A stretch of DNA of 64,000 nt from Raillietiella orientalis (taxonomy: Eukaryota). The DNA is taken from assembly GCA_036172245.1 (NCBI GenBank), contig JAYWIR010000045.1:682001-746000 (forward strand), read 5' to 3'. A program made the translations under genes and the position numbers. The notes beneath the pieces were generated by a model. The model was not told where the DNA came from. It was given only the letters and a program-made list of their open reading frames with translations, and made no database searches. Of this stretch, positions 13,160 to 26,399 are shown in pieces (position 1 is the stretch's first letter; each line of letters starts with the position of its first letter).

Positions 13160-13302
13160 TGCATTGCCGCACCCGAAGCCTAAAGGCCAACCAGCGTCAT
13201 CCTGAGGGGTGACTCGGAACCCGCCACGCACCCATCTCTCGGAGTCGATCTTATGAATCCAGGAAGGGTCGGTAGGAACATGTCCTCGCATTCGTAGCCA
13301 CC
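13160..13302 (-). repeat. Truncated copy of the tRNA-headed structured element
   Basis: Reverse complement gatgggtgcgtggcgggttccgagtcacccctcaggatgacgctggttggcctttaggcttcggg aligns with the copy at 44889. Confidence 0.75.
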
Positions 13303-14041
13303 TGTGTTGGTCCTGGCCTCAGGAGCTGTGGACATGACTGCAGCATCCGAACCGGCCGCGGGGTGAATACTGTTCTTTCGGGCGAGTATTGCGGTGCACG
13401 GAAGATGCGCTTACTCGAATGAGAGGAAGACCTCCCCAGATCCTTCAGTCTTGGCATCTCAAGGATGCATCTGGTTCCTGCTGGAGATTCTCTCAATGCG
13501 TTCCTGTCCTTGGAGCCCCTAGCAGTCCAGTTACCAGTATGGCGGCGATCTGGGTGCTAGTATAGGCCTAGAGAAGCTGGAAAAGCGAAAGATCTGAGGA
13601 ACTCTAAGAGAGATGCCATCAAAGAATGGGGAAGAGTTGTGTCCTGGACCAAAAACGTTCTGCCGTGAGGAGAAACGCGCTTAGCACAGGAGAGGAAGTC
13701 CGACTTCCTGGAAGATGAAGAGAGAAAAATTTTTTCCTCAGTTTCTCGTCCAATTCCGGAAGAGCCAGAGATCCTGTCTTTGCAGAACCGAAGGAACACG
13801 TGAGTCAGTTCATCGTGAGTCGATGCTATATGAGAGAAAGACTCCGATGACTGCCCCTGGCCACAATCATTAAGAACAGCTCGCTTCTGATCTCACTGGG
13901 ACAGATCTTAAGGGACCGAACCTCACGACCTCTCACCGACAGGCAGCACACTGCTGCTACTAAGAGAAGCAGCTGGGGTGTGACCAGCAGGCAGCAGCTC
14001 TCGCTGTCTGGTGAAGGGTCGAACTCTCTTCCAAGAGCGGC

Positions 14042-14093
14042 TCTTCTTCCCCTCTCCATGGCATCTTCTGGTGCCATGGAGAGGGGGAGGAGG
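14042..14093. repeat. Hairpin: 15-bp perfect core, ~24 bp with G-U pairs
   Basis: cccctctccatggca (14049-14063) pairs with tgccatggagagggg (14072-14086). Confidence 0.85.
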
Positions 14094-16606
14094 AGTGAGA
14101 GTCAGGCAAAAATTAGCGACCATTAGCATTTGCGCAGGAAAAGGGTGCTCTGGGTAGCATGGGAAAGGGGAAACGATACAGATAGGAAGAACGTTCTGGA
14201 GTAACATTGTGGATCGACGATGTTCAGTTCTTCAGCACTTCTTCCCCTCTTTAAGGAGTTGAGAGAGACGAAAAACGACACCAGTAAAAACGCAGAGTTG
14301 CTGACTTCCAAGGAGCAGATTGGGACCTGGAGGCGGTCGAAAGCCGTGATGAACTCAACTGAATGTCGTCTCAGCAAGCTGGTGACCCTCAAGAGGATTG
14401 CCAAAGAAAAGCTACGCAGATGGCTCCATATCTTTCCTTCCCTCTTCTTCCCTCCTGATGCACTGCTAGGGAGTGAAAGGAAGGAGATGGAAAAAGAAGA
14501 GGAAAAGAAGGATGAATGATGCCATCAGTGCTGTTGTTAATAATGGTAGTGTTGACAATGACGATGGGAGGAGAAATGGGGGAGGAAATTCCATGCTCTG
14601 CTTGGGGACGCCTGGAGGCAAGCAGCTTTCCAAACCATGGACACGGGCTCCTTCCTCCGCTGGATCCAAAGCACGACCACGTCCTTCCTTGAGCTGCAGC
14701 GAGACCCCAGATGCGGGCTCGCTGCTTGCAAATTGCGAAACCAAGGGTAAGGGCGACCACTCCCACCTCGCGGCCGAGGGAAGAAAGCTTTTCTTCCAGT
14801 GATGACGAAAAATCCCCCATCAATTTGGGAGTTTTCTTGTCGATTTCTTCCGGAGGCTATGGAGGTCCTGGATTCTCCCTTCTGGGAGCATCACGAAAGG
14901 GACCAGTCACTATCTGGGACCGTCTCACCTCCCGCGAAGGGAATGCTCAGTTGCCTTCTGCACCCAGGGTGACGGCGACTGTCTTGATCTTCTCTCCGCT
15001 CCTCGGTCTCTCACGAGCTTCTACTCGGCCATGACCCACATCAAACGTATTCATCAACCTAGCATCCCTCTTTTTTTGGAGTGGTCGGAGAGAAACGAGT
15101 GCGGGAGAAAGAAGGTCGTTCCCGGTCTTCCTCCTTCCCTCTCCCTGTCGCGCCTCTCCCGCCACTCGGAGGAACATCCCTCTGTAGCGCGGGACGAATC
15201 ACGCGCAGTCTCCTCGCACCGGCCGCCGATCTGGATCGAAAAAAAAACCACGAAGCATCTTAGGATGGCGACGAAGTCCGTCCTGCGCCATTTTCCCTGC
15301 TTCCCCATTGCGCGCCGCTTCCCTCCTATCCAGGACCGTCGTCAGGGAGCAGCTGGCAACTCACAATTGATTGCGAGCGCGATCCCAGGGAAGGGTGATC
15401 GTTGAAAAGATGGATCCTGTTCAGGGAAGGCGCGCATGGTTTCCTGTTTCCTTTTCCGAGAACGGAGCGGGTCGCCTGTCTCTTTGGGCTGGACAGAATC
15501 GTCGGACGGAGGCAAAGAGCAGGAGAAGGAACGTACGCTTCCAGGGCTCCGTTGCTGGCGCGGTGCTCGGTCTCTCCTCAGCGGGGGAGTCTCGCTTTCC
15601 CCGAGATCTCAAACCCTCGCAAGCGGCCGAGTCTCCAGCATCCGTCCGGGACGTCTCTCTCCTCAGAGCAGGGGAAAAAAGAGCGCCGTCGCCATGGCAG
15701 CGGAAGGGGAAGCTTCCCGGCATCAGCGGCAGTGGCGGAGGCGGCGGCGGCGCGACTCCCGGTTCGCATCGAGCGTCCCAGCGGAGCAGATGCCGCCGTC
15801 GCCGCTAAAAAGTTTTGCCTTTCGGGAGCGGTAGCTCCGGAGGAAGGAGGACGTCTCTCTCTCATCCCCAGCATCACCAGTTAATGATACGAATTTGTTA
15901 CAGCCTGACACGCGGATGAAGCATGGTGCTTCCAGGAGCGCGTAATTTTATTTTCCCGTCCTGGGAGCTTTTCAAAAATCCTCCTGGATCCGAGTGAGAG
16001 ATGGGGCGCATAAACTCATGAGAAAATCTCCCAGGAAACAATATGGGACACCGAGGAAATGAATCTCGTCCCTCTCCCTGAATTCATCGCTCACAGCAGC
16101 TGCTCCCAGAGATGTGTTCCTTGCTTTCCAAAACTAGGGAGCCAAGGATGGGAAAATACCCGCTACGGATGGGGGGTCACCGTGCAGCGTAGACGGCCGT
16201 TGCCATACCGTGCAATCCCCGTGGAAGGGGCTGTTGCCATGCGACCCCTGGAAGGTGATGTCGCTCTCCTGTTAGTGGGAGGAGTCTGGGTCTGCACCAT
16301 GGGGTCCGCCAGGTATTGGATAGAGGAGAAAGCGAGTCCTTCCTTTGACATCCTTGGGAACAGAGCCGGAAGAGGCCTTCGCTCTTGAGTTTCTGCCCTT
16401 CCGGGTTCCACCGGACCCAGCAGTCAGCAGCACCTCTCTCGTCTTGCAGACCGACCGACCGAAGGGCATCCTAGTAGTGGCCATCTCGCGAGCCTGCCCT
16501 CTGCTTCCTCTCTGGAACCGCGTCAGCCTCTAGGACAGCCAGCCAGTGGCACCTCGATGGGAACCGACGATGGAAGCGGATGATCTGCGCTCCTTCTCAG
16601 AACCGA

Positions 16607-16673
16607 GAATAGCGCAGCTCCCAAGGAGAAGTTTCTGCACGAGGACAACTTCTCCTTGGGAGCTGCGCTATTC
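16607..16673. repeat. Perfect 27-bp inverted repeat with 13-nt loop
   Basis: gaatagcgcagctcccaaggagaagtt / tctgcacgaggac / aacttctccttgggagctgcgctattc. Confidence 0.97.
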
Positions 16674-18999
16674 CCGAACAGACAACGTTGGATAACCGGA
16701 CAAGAGACGCGCCGCACGTCTAATGCTCAGAACCCTTAGAGCATCAAACGCCGGCACGATGATCCCTGGATGGCGCTGTCCAGGAGGAAGCTGTCAGAGT
16801 TCTACATAAGAGCTGCTTCTCCTTCGGGCACAGACGTGTGCACTCTAAATGCAACCCACCTACCTATCGGTCTCTGTGCCTAAAATGTCACCATGAATAC
16901 CAGGCACCGGACTTTTCCCTTCTCTATGTTACAGGGGTTGATCGCACATCCTAAAGTGATCATTGGGTGTCTTTAGCATGTTTGAGGTATCCCATTCTAC
17001 ATCTGGCCCTGCCACCATTAACCCTTCCTCAACGGCAGCCTCGTTGGGACTCTCTCTCCTTCCCTCTCCAGGATGCTCTTGGCATAATCATTACTTCACT
17101 CAGGAGCCCCAGCATCGTCAGTCCTGGACATGGAGTTTGAAAAAATACCCTATCGTAGAGCTGCACTGCTTTCCTGGAGACGGTTTCGGAGTAGGAACGG
17201 GCAGGCTGCGTCCCTCGCCGCGCGCCACCGGTCGCTGCCACCTTCCCCTTGCTCCTGCGGGTCTCCTCCGCTCGCGGGCAGCGACACTTTCCCTTCCTAC
17301 TTTCACCTCCCGAAATGCGCCCGTCCTCGTTCTCGGGAACCCAGATTAATACGGAATGTCGTTGTCTGAGAGCGGAAGCCACACAGGTGAACTCGTTTCC
17401 CTGGATTACGACCGCGTCGTCTTCCCAGCGACGGTATCACCAAGAGGTCTCTCGAGCTCCAAGACCAGGAGGTCCGGTAGGTGACGAGGGGCAACCAGCC
17501 GGGCTTACAGAGCGTGTGGGAGTGTAGAAGGAGGTTATATGGAAAAGGAAGGGTGGGAATGGGTTCCGAGACTGAAACAGGAAGCCTCGACCCCACCCAC
17601 TATCATCATTTGAAAGGATGCCTTTTTTTTCCTTTCTCCTTCCAGGTTTCTGTGGAGAGCGACCTTCCCCCTTCCAAGCACGCTTCCTTCACAGTTCCCT
17701 CCTCTCCTGCTGTCCCAACAACTCCTCCCCCTCAGCTGCCTACTGGTTATGGCGGCTTCCCTGTTGTGCTCGACCGAGTGATCTTGTGAGACTGCGGAGA
17801 CTTGCTTGCTGCTGTGCGGGGAAGGGGACACCAGGTGCCACACTGGGGCGCCGATCCTTCCGCGAGCGTGGAACGCATGCCGTGAGGTGGCGCTGCAACT
17901 CACCTTCCTTTCCGCTCGTCTCCTGTCCCTCCCTTTTGCTGCACAGGAGGAAGGGATCGATCTACCTCCCCCCTCCCTTCCTGGCCCATCTCCGTCCTCG
18001 GATGCGTGGAGATGAAGCACGCGCTTCCCTCAACCCCCCCCTCACTCCACCCTTCTAAGTGCGCACCTTTCACAAGGACTGGGTAGTAAACCTTGGTTCC
18101 TGGGAACGAGGAGGACAGACGAGGTTCGGGAGATGGAAGGAGGAGCAGAGGATGCTGCTGTCCGCGAGCGGAGGAGGCACGCGGGAGCAGAGGGACAGGA
18201 GGAGTCTGCCCGTCCATCCTTCGCATTCCGCTCGGCGCCAAGTCCCGGGAGTGAAACCGTGAGAGGAGAAAGAGGAAACGCTCCCAGACTGCTTCTCTAG
18301 GAGCCTGGCACGCGTTTGAGTCGGAATGGATCAGTGCTCAGGTCAATTGGTCCTTTCACTTTCGGAGGCGAGTTCACAGAAGGGCGATGCGCCTCCCGGC
18401 ATCGCCTGAGCGGGCCAATGTCAGAGTCCTCTCTACTTGACGGGGTCTGGAGCACGCCCGCAGGCGTTCACAAGTTCCCTGCGGCGCCGATCCTTTGAGG
18501 TGCCCGCTGCTTCTCGCACCTGCGATTGGCGGTGCGCCGGAGCAACCGGTTCGGTTCGAACCGACCTGGTTGCACCAGCGAGGAGCCAGCCGAGTTTTTT
18601 TCCCTCCAGCTGAGCTGCCGCCTGAGATCGCGCAGATAGAGCATCCCCTCTGAGAAGGCGTCGTAAGGGGATCTCACCCCCTCCCGTTCCCTGAATCGCA
18701 GTGCACTTCGTCTCAGCTTCCTCATTCCCGTGGAGAGCTTAGGAAGGTTTCAGGATCTCTCCTTCCAAACGAGTCGACCGCATCCACAGTCTTCCGACAA
18801 GCCTATGGAGGCACTTCAGCAATTCGGGAACAGCGAGGCCCCTGCCCCAGCGGCCTCTTTGCCTCCGGGGACTCCGAAGAGGGTCCCAGACTCCCCAGGG
18901 AGCGAGCGAGCAGGGAACCGGCGACCCTTCTCTCTCCACGCATGAGTCTCAAACATCTCTATTTATTTTATTCATTTTGCCCCATCTCCTCAGCTCCGC

Positions 19000-19900
19000 C
19001 TCGTGGTCTCACGGCTGGGTGTGATCCCGTCCGTGGAACAGGAGTCCTCCTACGGGTGTGCTCTATTCGTGGATGTATTCGTCATGCGTGCACATTAACT
19101 TCCTGGAGCGAATGGACGGTGGAAACCAAAGGAGCCATCTCGGAAGAGATTTGCGGTGGAGTCAACATGATGTGTAGTGCAAGAGGAGCGGTGAGGCGCT
19201 GGCAAAAAGGTGCTGGGAAGAGTCCAAATGTTGCTAGAATTCGTAACTGGGATGGGAGTGAGGACGAAGCAGACGGTCAAGTGAGGCCTTTTCCACCCTC
19301 TCCCAAACTGGCTGAGCATCTCGGCTGCAGTCACAGAAGCAGGATTGTGGCAGCAAACAGCGGAGGAAGTATTCGACGCTTGCGCGCTCCCTTCTTTGGT
19401 CGTGCCCGGACCAATGCAAAGGGTCTGGTGGCGTGTCCCGGATGAGTTGGCGAAGTGCTGCAGACCATTCCCTCTCTCTGGAGCACCAGCACCACCTTCG
19501 CCCTTGAGTGGGTTCTCGGAACGGCCTGCTTGAAGGCTGCCGACCCCGACTCAGCAGCAGGAGGTGCGAGAACGATTGAATCGGCGCACACCTGGAGTCC
19601 CTCAAGAAGAAAGCCGATCGTGTGCCGTCGCCTCCTGAGGGGGCAGCACGGGATTGAGGTTCGACTTGTCCGGAAACGAAGACCCTCCATCCTGGGGGTC
19701 CCTCGTTCCTGGTACTTTCATGCGCTCCCAAGAGTTTGCTGCGAAGACGCACTTCGAAGCGGAGAGCCACTCGGACAAGAGCGCTGCTCGAAAAGTGGGA
19801 GGAGGAGTGGAAGGAAGAGCCCTCAGCGATACCAGAGATTTGTGCTCGTGGGAATGACCTGGTTCTTCTGGGAGAGATAACTCCCAGTGTTTTGGTGTAG
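19000..19900 (+). pseudogene. Decayed pPolB, middle to C-terminal region
   Basis: AISEEICGGVNMMCSARGA (~19134-19190; cf. FxExGIRGGxSxCSxRYA), NWDGS (YDPS), GIEVRLVRK (GLxLxKIH). Confidence 0.5.
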
Positions 19901-20021
19901 ACTACCTGATTTGGGGATCACCAGCTCATTCCATTCGTGCTCCGGCTGTGAATGCATCCTTTGAGAATGTGAAGTAGCCATCCCTCCTATCTCCCATGCC
20001 TTCCTCACGGACGATCCTGAC

Positions 20022-21800
20022 CTACTCCCGGAGGATGACGTCTGCCCCAGGAAGAAGGATCCATGATCTGCACATCGAAGGCATCGGTCCGAAGCTGACT
20101 GGGCAAACTGGGGCCCGATGTCGGCGCAGGGCACGTACCTCCCCAGATCCAGACATTTCGTGACAAAGGATGTTCACGCCTCTTCCCCTTCCAACACGAG
20201 TGAACACCTCCCGCGCGAAACCACCCGCAAGCGCCTCGCCAATCAGCGAGCGTCTGCAATCCGAAATAAACATCACATACAGCTCCGTCTCCCGCCCCTC
20301 ATCCCAATCCACAGCATCACTCATTCTGATACCGCATTTACCCTTCCAAAATTTCGCGTAATCTTCGGCATCCATCACTTTCAACGCAACCTGCGGTACC
20401 ACAAATCACCGCTCTTCGCAAAGCACCTCAACACGTCAAGCTCACCTTCCCCGTCTCCCGGCACCCATTAGGGATGAAATCGGTCAAAAGGAACGGCGAT
20501 AAATTAACAGCGCGCCCAATACGGATTTAATTGCAATCCTGCGTAATCGGCCAGGGTTCATCCCGGAAGCTGGGAATCTCGCGTCCGCACCTCCTGCGAT
20601 CGATTTCGTCTGTTAGGTGTTCGGGGGGGGTGGGGGTGTCGCTTCGTCCGCGCGTGGCTCGGTAACCTGCGGGCGGCCGGGCCCCCGCAGCACGGACAAA
20701 GGAATCCCGCGAGGTCTCGCGACAGCCTTGGGAGAGCAGCTCCTCTATTGGGAAGCCGACAGGGAAGCCTTTGGAAGAGAAGGGCGAGTCAGGGAAATCG
20801 GGAGCGAATGCAGTCGTGCGCCTAGCAGCCGAGGAGTCGGCAACTCCGCCGCTCCCGTGTTCGTGGTCAAGGAAAAATCTTTCGCGGCTCGCCGTTCCGG
20901 GATCTCCCGGAAGTTCGCTTCCCGGCGCCATCTTGCCTACCGAATACTTTTCTTTTTTCGAGCGCGCACCGTTTCCTCCCTCCCCCACCCTGCGCCCGCG
21001 GAAAAACGAAAGCTCGCGAAAGATCCGGGGCGGCCGGTGCGCTAATGAAAGTTTACTTGCGGAGAAGGGATCTCTCGGGCAAGCTTAATCCTCCGCACTG
21101 GATGATGGATGCCGCGAGTCCTCGCGCTGCAGACCCTGTACAACAGGAGATACAACGCTCCGGCAAGAAACCGGAAGCTCCCTAGCCTGAGAAGGCGGTG
21201 GTGGCCTCGCTTCCATTCCGAGCGCCCACCCCTCCCCCTTTCACCCCGGTCGGGAAACAGGGACGGCATCCACGGTGTTTTCTCTCCCTGTGCTCCTCCT
21301 CTTAGCGTGCTCTCCGGAAAGAGATTTTCTCGCTCCCGCTTTTATGCCATCTCTCTTCCTTGGGAACCCTCAAACGCAATTTTTTTATTCTGTGGGGCTG
21401 ACGGGGAAATGCGGCTACGTGGTGGCTCACGCAGCCGCGTTTCCGCAGTATCCCATGGTCCCATTTGCAGCCCACGGTATCACATGGTATCCTATTCTTG
21501 ACTTGTGAAGGGTTGCAGATCCAACTTTCCTCGGCGCCATCGGTGATAGCACAGAAAAACTCCTCACCTCGCCGCATCGCTGGCTCCCCATTCGATCCAA
21601 GGGCCGTGTCGCCCCAGCGTGACTGATGGATCGTTCAGAAAGATCATTCAAAATCTTGTCTGCACCCGCGCTTTTCTGCTCAGCCTCCACATCGACTTGT
21701 GTACACTTCGAGTCCCCTTTGACGTCACGCACCGCCTGTCTCAGCTTAGTTGCTTCCCGCCACGTTCTTTCGAGATCCTTTGCCCGGACATCCCACACTG
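20022..21800 (-). pseudogene. Decayed pPolB, N-terminal region through endonuclease-VII-like motif
   Basis: DRMGSQ (GSGW), ALYLLLY..GIHH (LLLY..HY), KVMDAEDYAKFWKGKCGI (MTxEDxxxFxxAxxCHIC), DCRRSLIG (DHCHLTG), VNILCHEMSG (PVxFHNLSG). Confidence 0.55.
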
Positions 21801-23278
21801 CTTACAGCACTAACGGCCAACTCTTTTCTAGATTTCTCACAGAAAAAAAAAAAAATGCAAAAAAAATCCATTTGCAGAATTTTTTCCCCCCCTCCCTTCG
21901 AAAGGATTCCATCGCTAGGAGATGTGGTCTAGGAGCAGTGCGTGCTCTACCCACGGGATAGAAACTCGGAAACCTCACGGGCACTCCGCGTTTCGCCACC
22001 GCTCTCCGAACACTTCTCTCCTCACGCTCTTCTCTTTCCTATTCTTTGCTTGTGCCTGCCTTCCACGTGCCTCCTCCTTCGCCTGCCTCAGCTTCAACTG
22101 GAGTGAGGATTCCAGAAGCTTCCCCAGCCTGTTCCTTGCAATCCAGAACCTTCCTTCCGGGATCCCACACGTCAGGGACAGAGATTCGAAAGTTTTCGCC
22201 TCGAAGACCTGGTCGCACCACGAAGGGGTCCAGGACTCGACATCCCGACCTCAAAGAAGCTGAAGCTGCACTGCATTCTAGTTTAAGGCGATGGCCCGGA
22301 TGGCTGAGAACTGGATGCAGCGTTGGTGCCTCTATCTGCGTGCGAAATCCTGGGCGTGTGCGGTCGGTTGAGAGGGCATGGCATCGTTGTTACCTGGTAG
22401 CCGAGGCCGCACGAAAGCTCTGGGGTTCCCACCGAGACAGATCGCTTCCCTGTAAGGACATCAATGGATCTCCTGCCGCCGTGCAGACCACAACGCTTGG
22501 CGGCAGGAAACAGCGGACACTGAATCCCCATCGCAAGCTCAGACGCAGCCCTAATACGGCCCGTCCACAACCTGGGAGCAGTCTCTCTAAAGGAAGCGGG
22601 AAGGGGCAGAAAGTGGGCCCGAGCCACTTTTACCCCTCCAGCCGCAGGTTTGTCCTCTCTACGGGAGAGAAATAACAGGTTGCCAACCGGCAGGATCGGT
22701 GAGCTTGTAGCAGGAGCGACGAAATTCGTGTGTCGATGGGCGATGGGCCAGCGGACCGACTCGGCAACGCCCTACTGCTCGCGCTAGAGGACCGCTCCGT
22801 TTGGGCAGCAGAATACCTGGGCATTCCGTCGTAGGAGATGGTGACCCCTCCCATCCAGGTGGCAACATGAAGAGGCATCGCTGCTCGCGCTCTGGGTTTC
22901 CCGCTCAACAAGCAGCGTCGTCGTCGTTGGACGAGGGGGAGGGGTACCTCGAATCGCACCAGTCGCGGGGAGGAGGCAGAAACTTTCGACGCACCTGCTG
23001 CAGGATTGCGGTGGCCTTCGAAACGCCTCGCGGCTACCCTGCTCCGTCCCGAAGACACTCCTGAAGAGCTACCGCGGCGCTGCTTCACACGGGACGAGCT
23101 GCCTCCCTCCTCTAAGATAGCTCCATCCCTTATTGCCGCAGGGGGATTGTGACGTCCCGCAGTACCGAGGAGACACTCCAGCAAGGCAGAAGGAGCACCC
23201 GCCTCAAGCGGTGCCAGAATGGAGGAGGACGCCGCTTGAATCGCACTCCGACTTAAGAAGGTGCGGATGGACGTAACC

Positions 23279-23420
23279 GGTGACCCCTGTCCCTTCTTCC
23301 CCTTTTCATTTATTTGTTTATTGTTCCCCCCCTACAGCCTGCCTTCCTTCCTTTGTGGACGTCCTGAGCGTCAGTGGTTTTCTTTCCTTTTTTTTTCCTC
23401 CCTTGAATTTTTCGGGGACC
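23279..23420 (+). repeat. Short GTGACCCC-bounded T-rich element
   Basis: Starts gtgacccctgtccc, contains catttatttgtttattg, ends near tcggggacca. Similar to copies at 42099, 42895 and 43312. Confidence 0.5.
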
Positions 23421-23549
23421 AGTGGATTTCTTAGTCCACGTGGACTGTTGGCTTCCTTTTGGGAAGGAAACGCTCCAGCGCGACCGGATGAAAATGCAAG
23501 CCAGCACTTTCCCTCCTAGACCTCAGACGCCAGCGACAGGGGTTCGAAA

Positions 23550-26257
23550 GGTCCCTTCAAACAGCTCGAAAGTGTCTTGTAGTCGTGACAGGGAACATGG
23601 GTGAAGGAGGAGGGGAGCTCCCAGACGAACTGTCGGGGTAAACCTGCTTCGAGAGTCCCTGCGCCCAGCTTCATCTCGGGAAAGAAGAAGGAAAAGAAAA
23701 ACATGCATCCAGAAAGCGAGCAATAAATGATTTATGCGCATCATTATGAGGAAGAACGGTTTTGGTACTGCAGGTCTTGTCCGGTGGCCGGTGAGGCTGG
23801 AGGACTGACAACGAAATCGGGAAGTAATAATACTTGACTTCCAGCCTCCCTGAGGTACAACAGCGTCCTCCGGTTTCGCCTCCCCTGATTTCACGAAGAT
23901 ATCGGGAATTGATCATGCAGAGAGAAATCACTCCTCTGGATCGGGAACGCTTCCGGGAAAGCGATTTCGAGGATGCAGAATGAGCTGGCTTCGCAGGGCT
24001 CGCGTGGAAACGCCACGCATCCAGGTTTACGCTTGAAGGACGCACGCGTTCGAAGCACACGCGTTGCAGTGGCACGCGAACGCCCCCGCCCGCGGTAGCG
24101 CACGGAAGCTCTGTGGGTACGTATGACCTTCCGCCCCAGCCTCCTCCTTCCTCTGCAAGCTGTTAGTGGTCTGGGCACTTTTGCGGACAACCCCCTTCTT
24201 TCATGGGCGACTCCGAAGTCCGCGGGGGCGACGAAAACAGGCCGAAAGGCTGCCGGCACATCAGAGCGCTAATTGTGAATTGTTACCAAACGCAGGAGAG
24301 CACAGCGCCTTCCATTTGCGCTACATAAGTATTTAATGTCCTCCCGAACGTTGTCAAGAGTGTTGCGAATGGCAGTTGGTGTCTCTTTTTATGATCATCA
24401 GCTGCGAAAGTAATTAGATTAATTGAGAATAGCATCCTGGTGGCGACAGTAACGTTATAATCTACGTTCACATGGATGCCATGGAGATAAATGCCTTGGT
24501 AGCTGGGAACAAGGAATTGGAATCCTTTTATCTCTTTTCTGAGACGCTACTTCAGCAGTCATTAGCATCAGCACCGATAGCTATTACATTTACTACTACT
24601 AAATTCTTTTGAGGCGATTCGCGCCTCCAATGATACCCTCGGAGCGAACGCCTTCCGGGGACTTCCCTATCGATTTCCTCCGAACTTTTTTGCTATCTTC
24701 GGACAGGGATCATCGAAGTAGGACGAAATTTGACGTGTCCCCCACCTGAGTACTCCTCAGCATTCGAATGGATCAATTTCAGGACATCATCTTCCCAATA
24801 TAGTTGCAGTCAGTATTTCAAAAGCACCTCTGATCGCCCAGGGTGTTTCCGAAGAGATGTCATCCAGTGCCAGACGCCAAGCGAGAGCGTTGCAGTCGGA
24901 AATGAACGCAAAAGTCCAACGGATACGAGGACATCATAGAAGAGCATCTAAAACATTGAGGATCACACAGAGAAACGCAAGGGGCGGGTTTCCTCAGCTT
25001 CCAGAGCCTCCCTGCCCTGCTCTGCCCGGATTCGCGATTGCTGGCGGAAGGACGGCATGCCCCCGGGAGATACGCCACATCCGCTTCACTCCTTGCCAGC
25101 GTCGAGCAGGTTCGCCTCCGTAGGTTTCCAGCCTCGCAGCCCTCCTCCCGGAACTGGCATTCTCGTCGCCTCTGAGCCCCACACCTGCCTGCTTACGCGT
25201 GTGGGCTCTGCCCGGCTCTCCGGGTCGTTCGCTGGTCCTTTTCCGGCGACCTAGCTGTCCAGGAGGTGGCGACCCGGAAAAAGACCAGCGACCGATCCTT
25301 TCCCGGTCGCTTGGACCGCATCCGAGACGGTGGGCTCAGCGGATGCCCGGGCCGTTCGACGGCAGCATCCGCTCGCACGCACGGACGCAACAAGAATAAA
25401 CGACAAGATGGAGAAGATCGGAAAGTCATTCCGGACGGTTCCAATCCTCTCGCCGAGAGGAGCTTGGGAACGTTCCTGGAATTTCCAGCTCCTACGGGAC
25501 ATTGCCGTTCCTGGGATCCCGGGATGCCGACGAGCCTGCGACAAACGGAGGGCGAGCTGAAGTTCCCTCTTCCGAAATCAGTGCGAGGGAGAGGCGAGCG
25601 CCGGATCCCGATGGATTTCTCTTTCTCTCTTCGCTCGCGCGCCTTCCCGAATGCCGCCGCGGTGCTTTCGAACGAGCAGCGCAAGCCCGGCAGCATGGTG
25701 CGGCTCCCTCTTTTCCGGAGGTGATCAGGTCGCAACGACGTCGGGTTCCCTGCACCGCATCGCAGTCCTTCCCTGGAATTTTCGAAACGGGGCCTACCTG
25801 GCGCTGCTGCCCCGAGAACCAGGGCTTTCGAATACGCGGAGCGCTCCGACGTCAGACGTGCCTGCGAGGGGCGCCTCTCGAGGGAAACGCAAACTCTCGA
25901 GGAAATGTTGCCGCAAAGAAGAGGAAGATGTGCAGCACCACCCTGGAAAGACCACGTTCACAGGACCTCAGCGTGCCCTCGGCACTAGCTTGAAGGAAGA
26001 AAAAAAGCAAGAGAGACTTTTCCATCCTCTCCTGGACGCCGCAGAGCATGCTCGCAGGAGCAGCCCTCGCTGCTGCTTTCTCCGGAGAAAACCACCGGAA
26101 GTTCAGCCATCATCGGCGGAGGAATTTTCAATAGGTCACGGAGATTCCGGATGTTCGAACAAGGTTGCTGGTCATCAGAAGACGAGAACGAGAGACCTGC
26201 ATCGCCCCAAGCGCCGTTCTCTTAGGAGGACTCTGCTCGATTAGGGATTGCGGAGGT
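23550..26257 (-). pseudogene. Decayed pPolB, middle to C-terminal region
   Basis: LPVVF in the inverted-repeat arm, FISDCNALAW (~24907-24877; motif A), AADDHKK..TFGRTLN (ORF 24283-24471; motif B), EPCEASSFCILEIA (KPIYxGFCILELSK), GLPRQFVW (GxxIxEFVG). Confidence 0.65.
24959..26257 (+). repeat. 1,299-bp inverted repeat, left arm
   Basis: Reverse complement of 27491-28789 (paired coordinates sum to 53,748). Mirrored ORFs are identical; one mismatch seen near the outer end. Confidence 0.97.
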
Positions 26258-26399
26258 TCACCTCTTGAAGTATCAAAAGTTGCTGAGGATCACAGGGAAG
26301 CAAAGAGAGGAAAGGAGGTGCTGCATAAATTTTTCAATCAGCTGTCCTCCTATCGAGGAGCATGTGAAGACCGTGAAAGCAGATAACATCCCTGATTTC

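Larger units (their letters stand above)
13600..17400 (+). pseudogene. Long decayed pPolB (one or two copies)
   Basis: EDEERKIF..PVFAEP (VIYADFE), ISDH*HL (~14113-14133; VRDHCHL), NDTNLL (~15883; motif A), AQNP (motif B start), GVFSMFEVSH (~16966; GFSILELSK). Confidence 0.45.

Noticed and set aside
20022..20460. Second Bro-N-like ORF
   Set aside because: Re-reads as the pPolB endonuclease-VII region followed by the FHNLSG-like motif, in register with the upstream relic.
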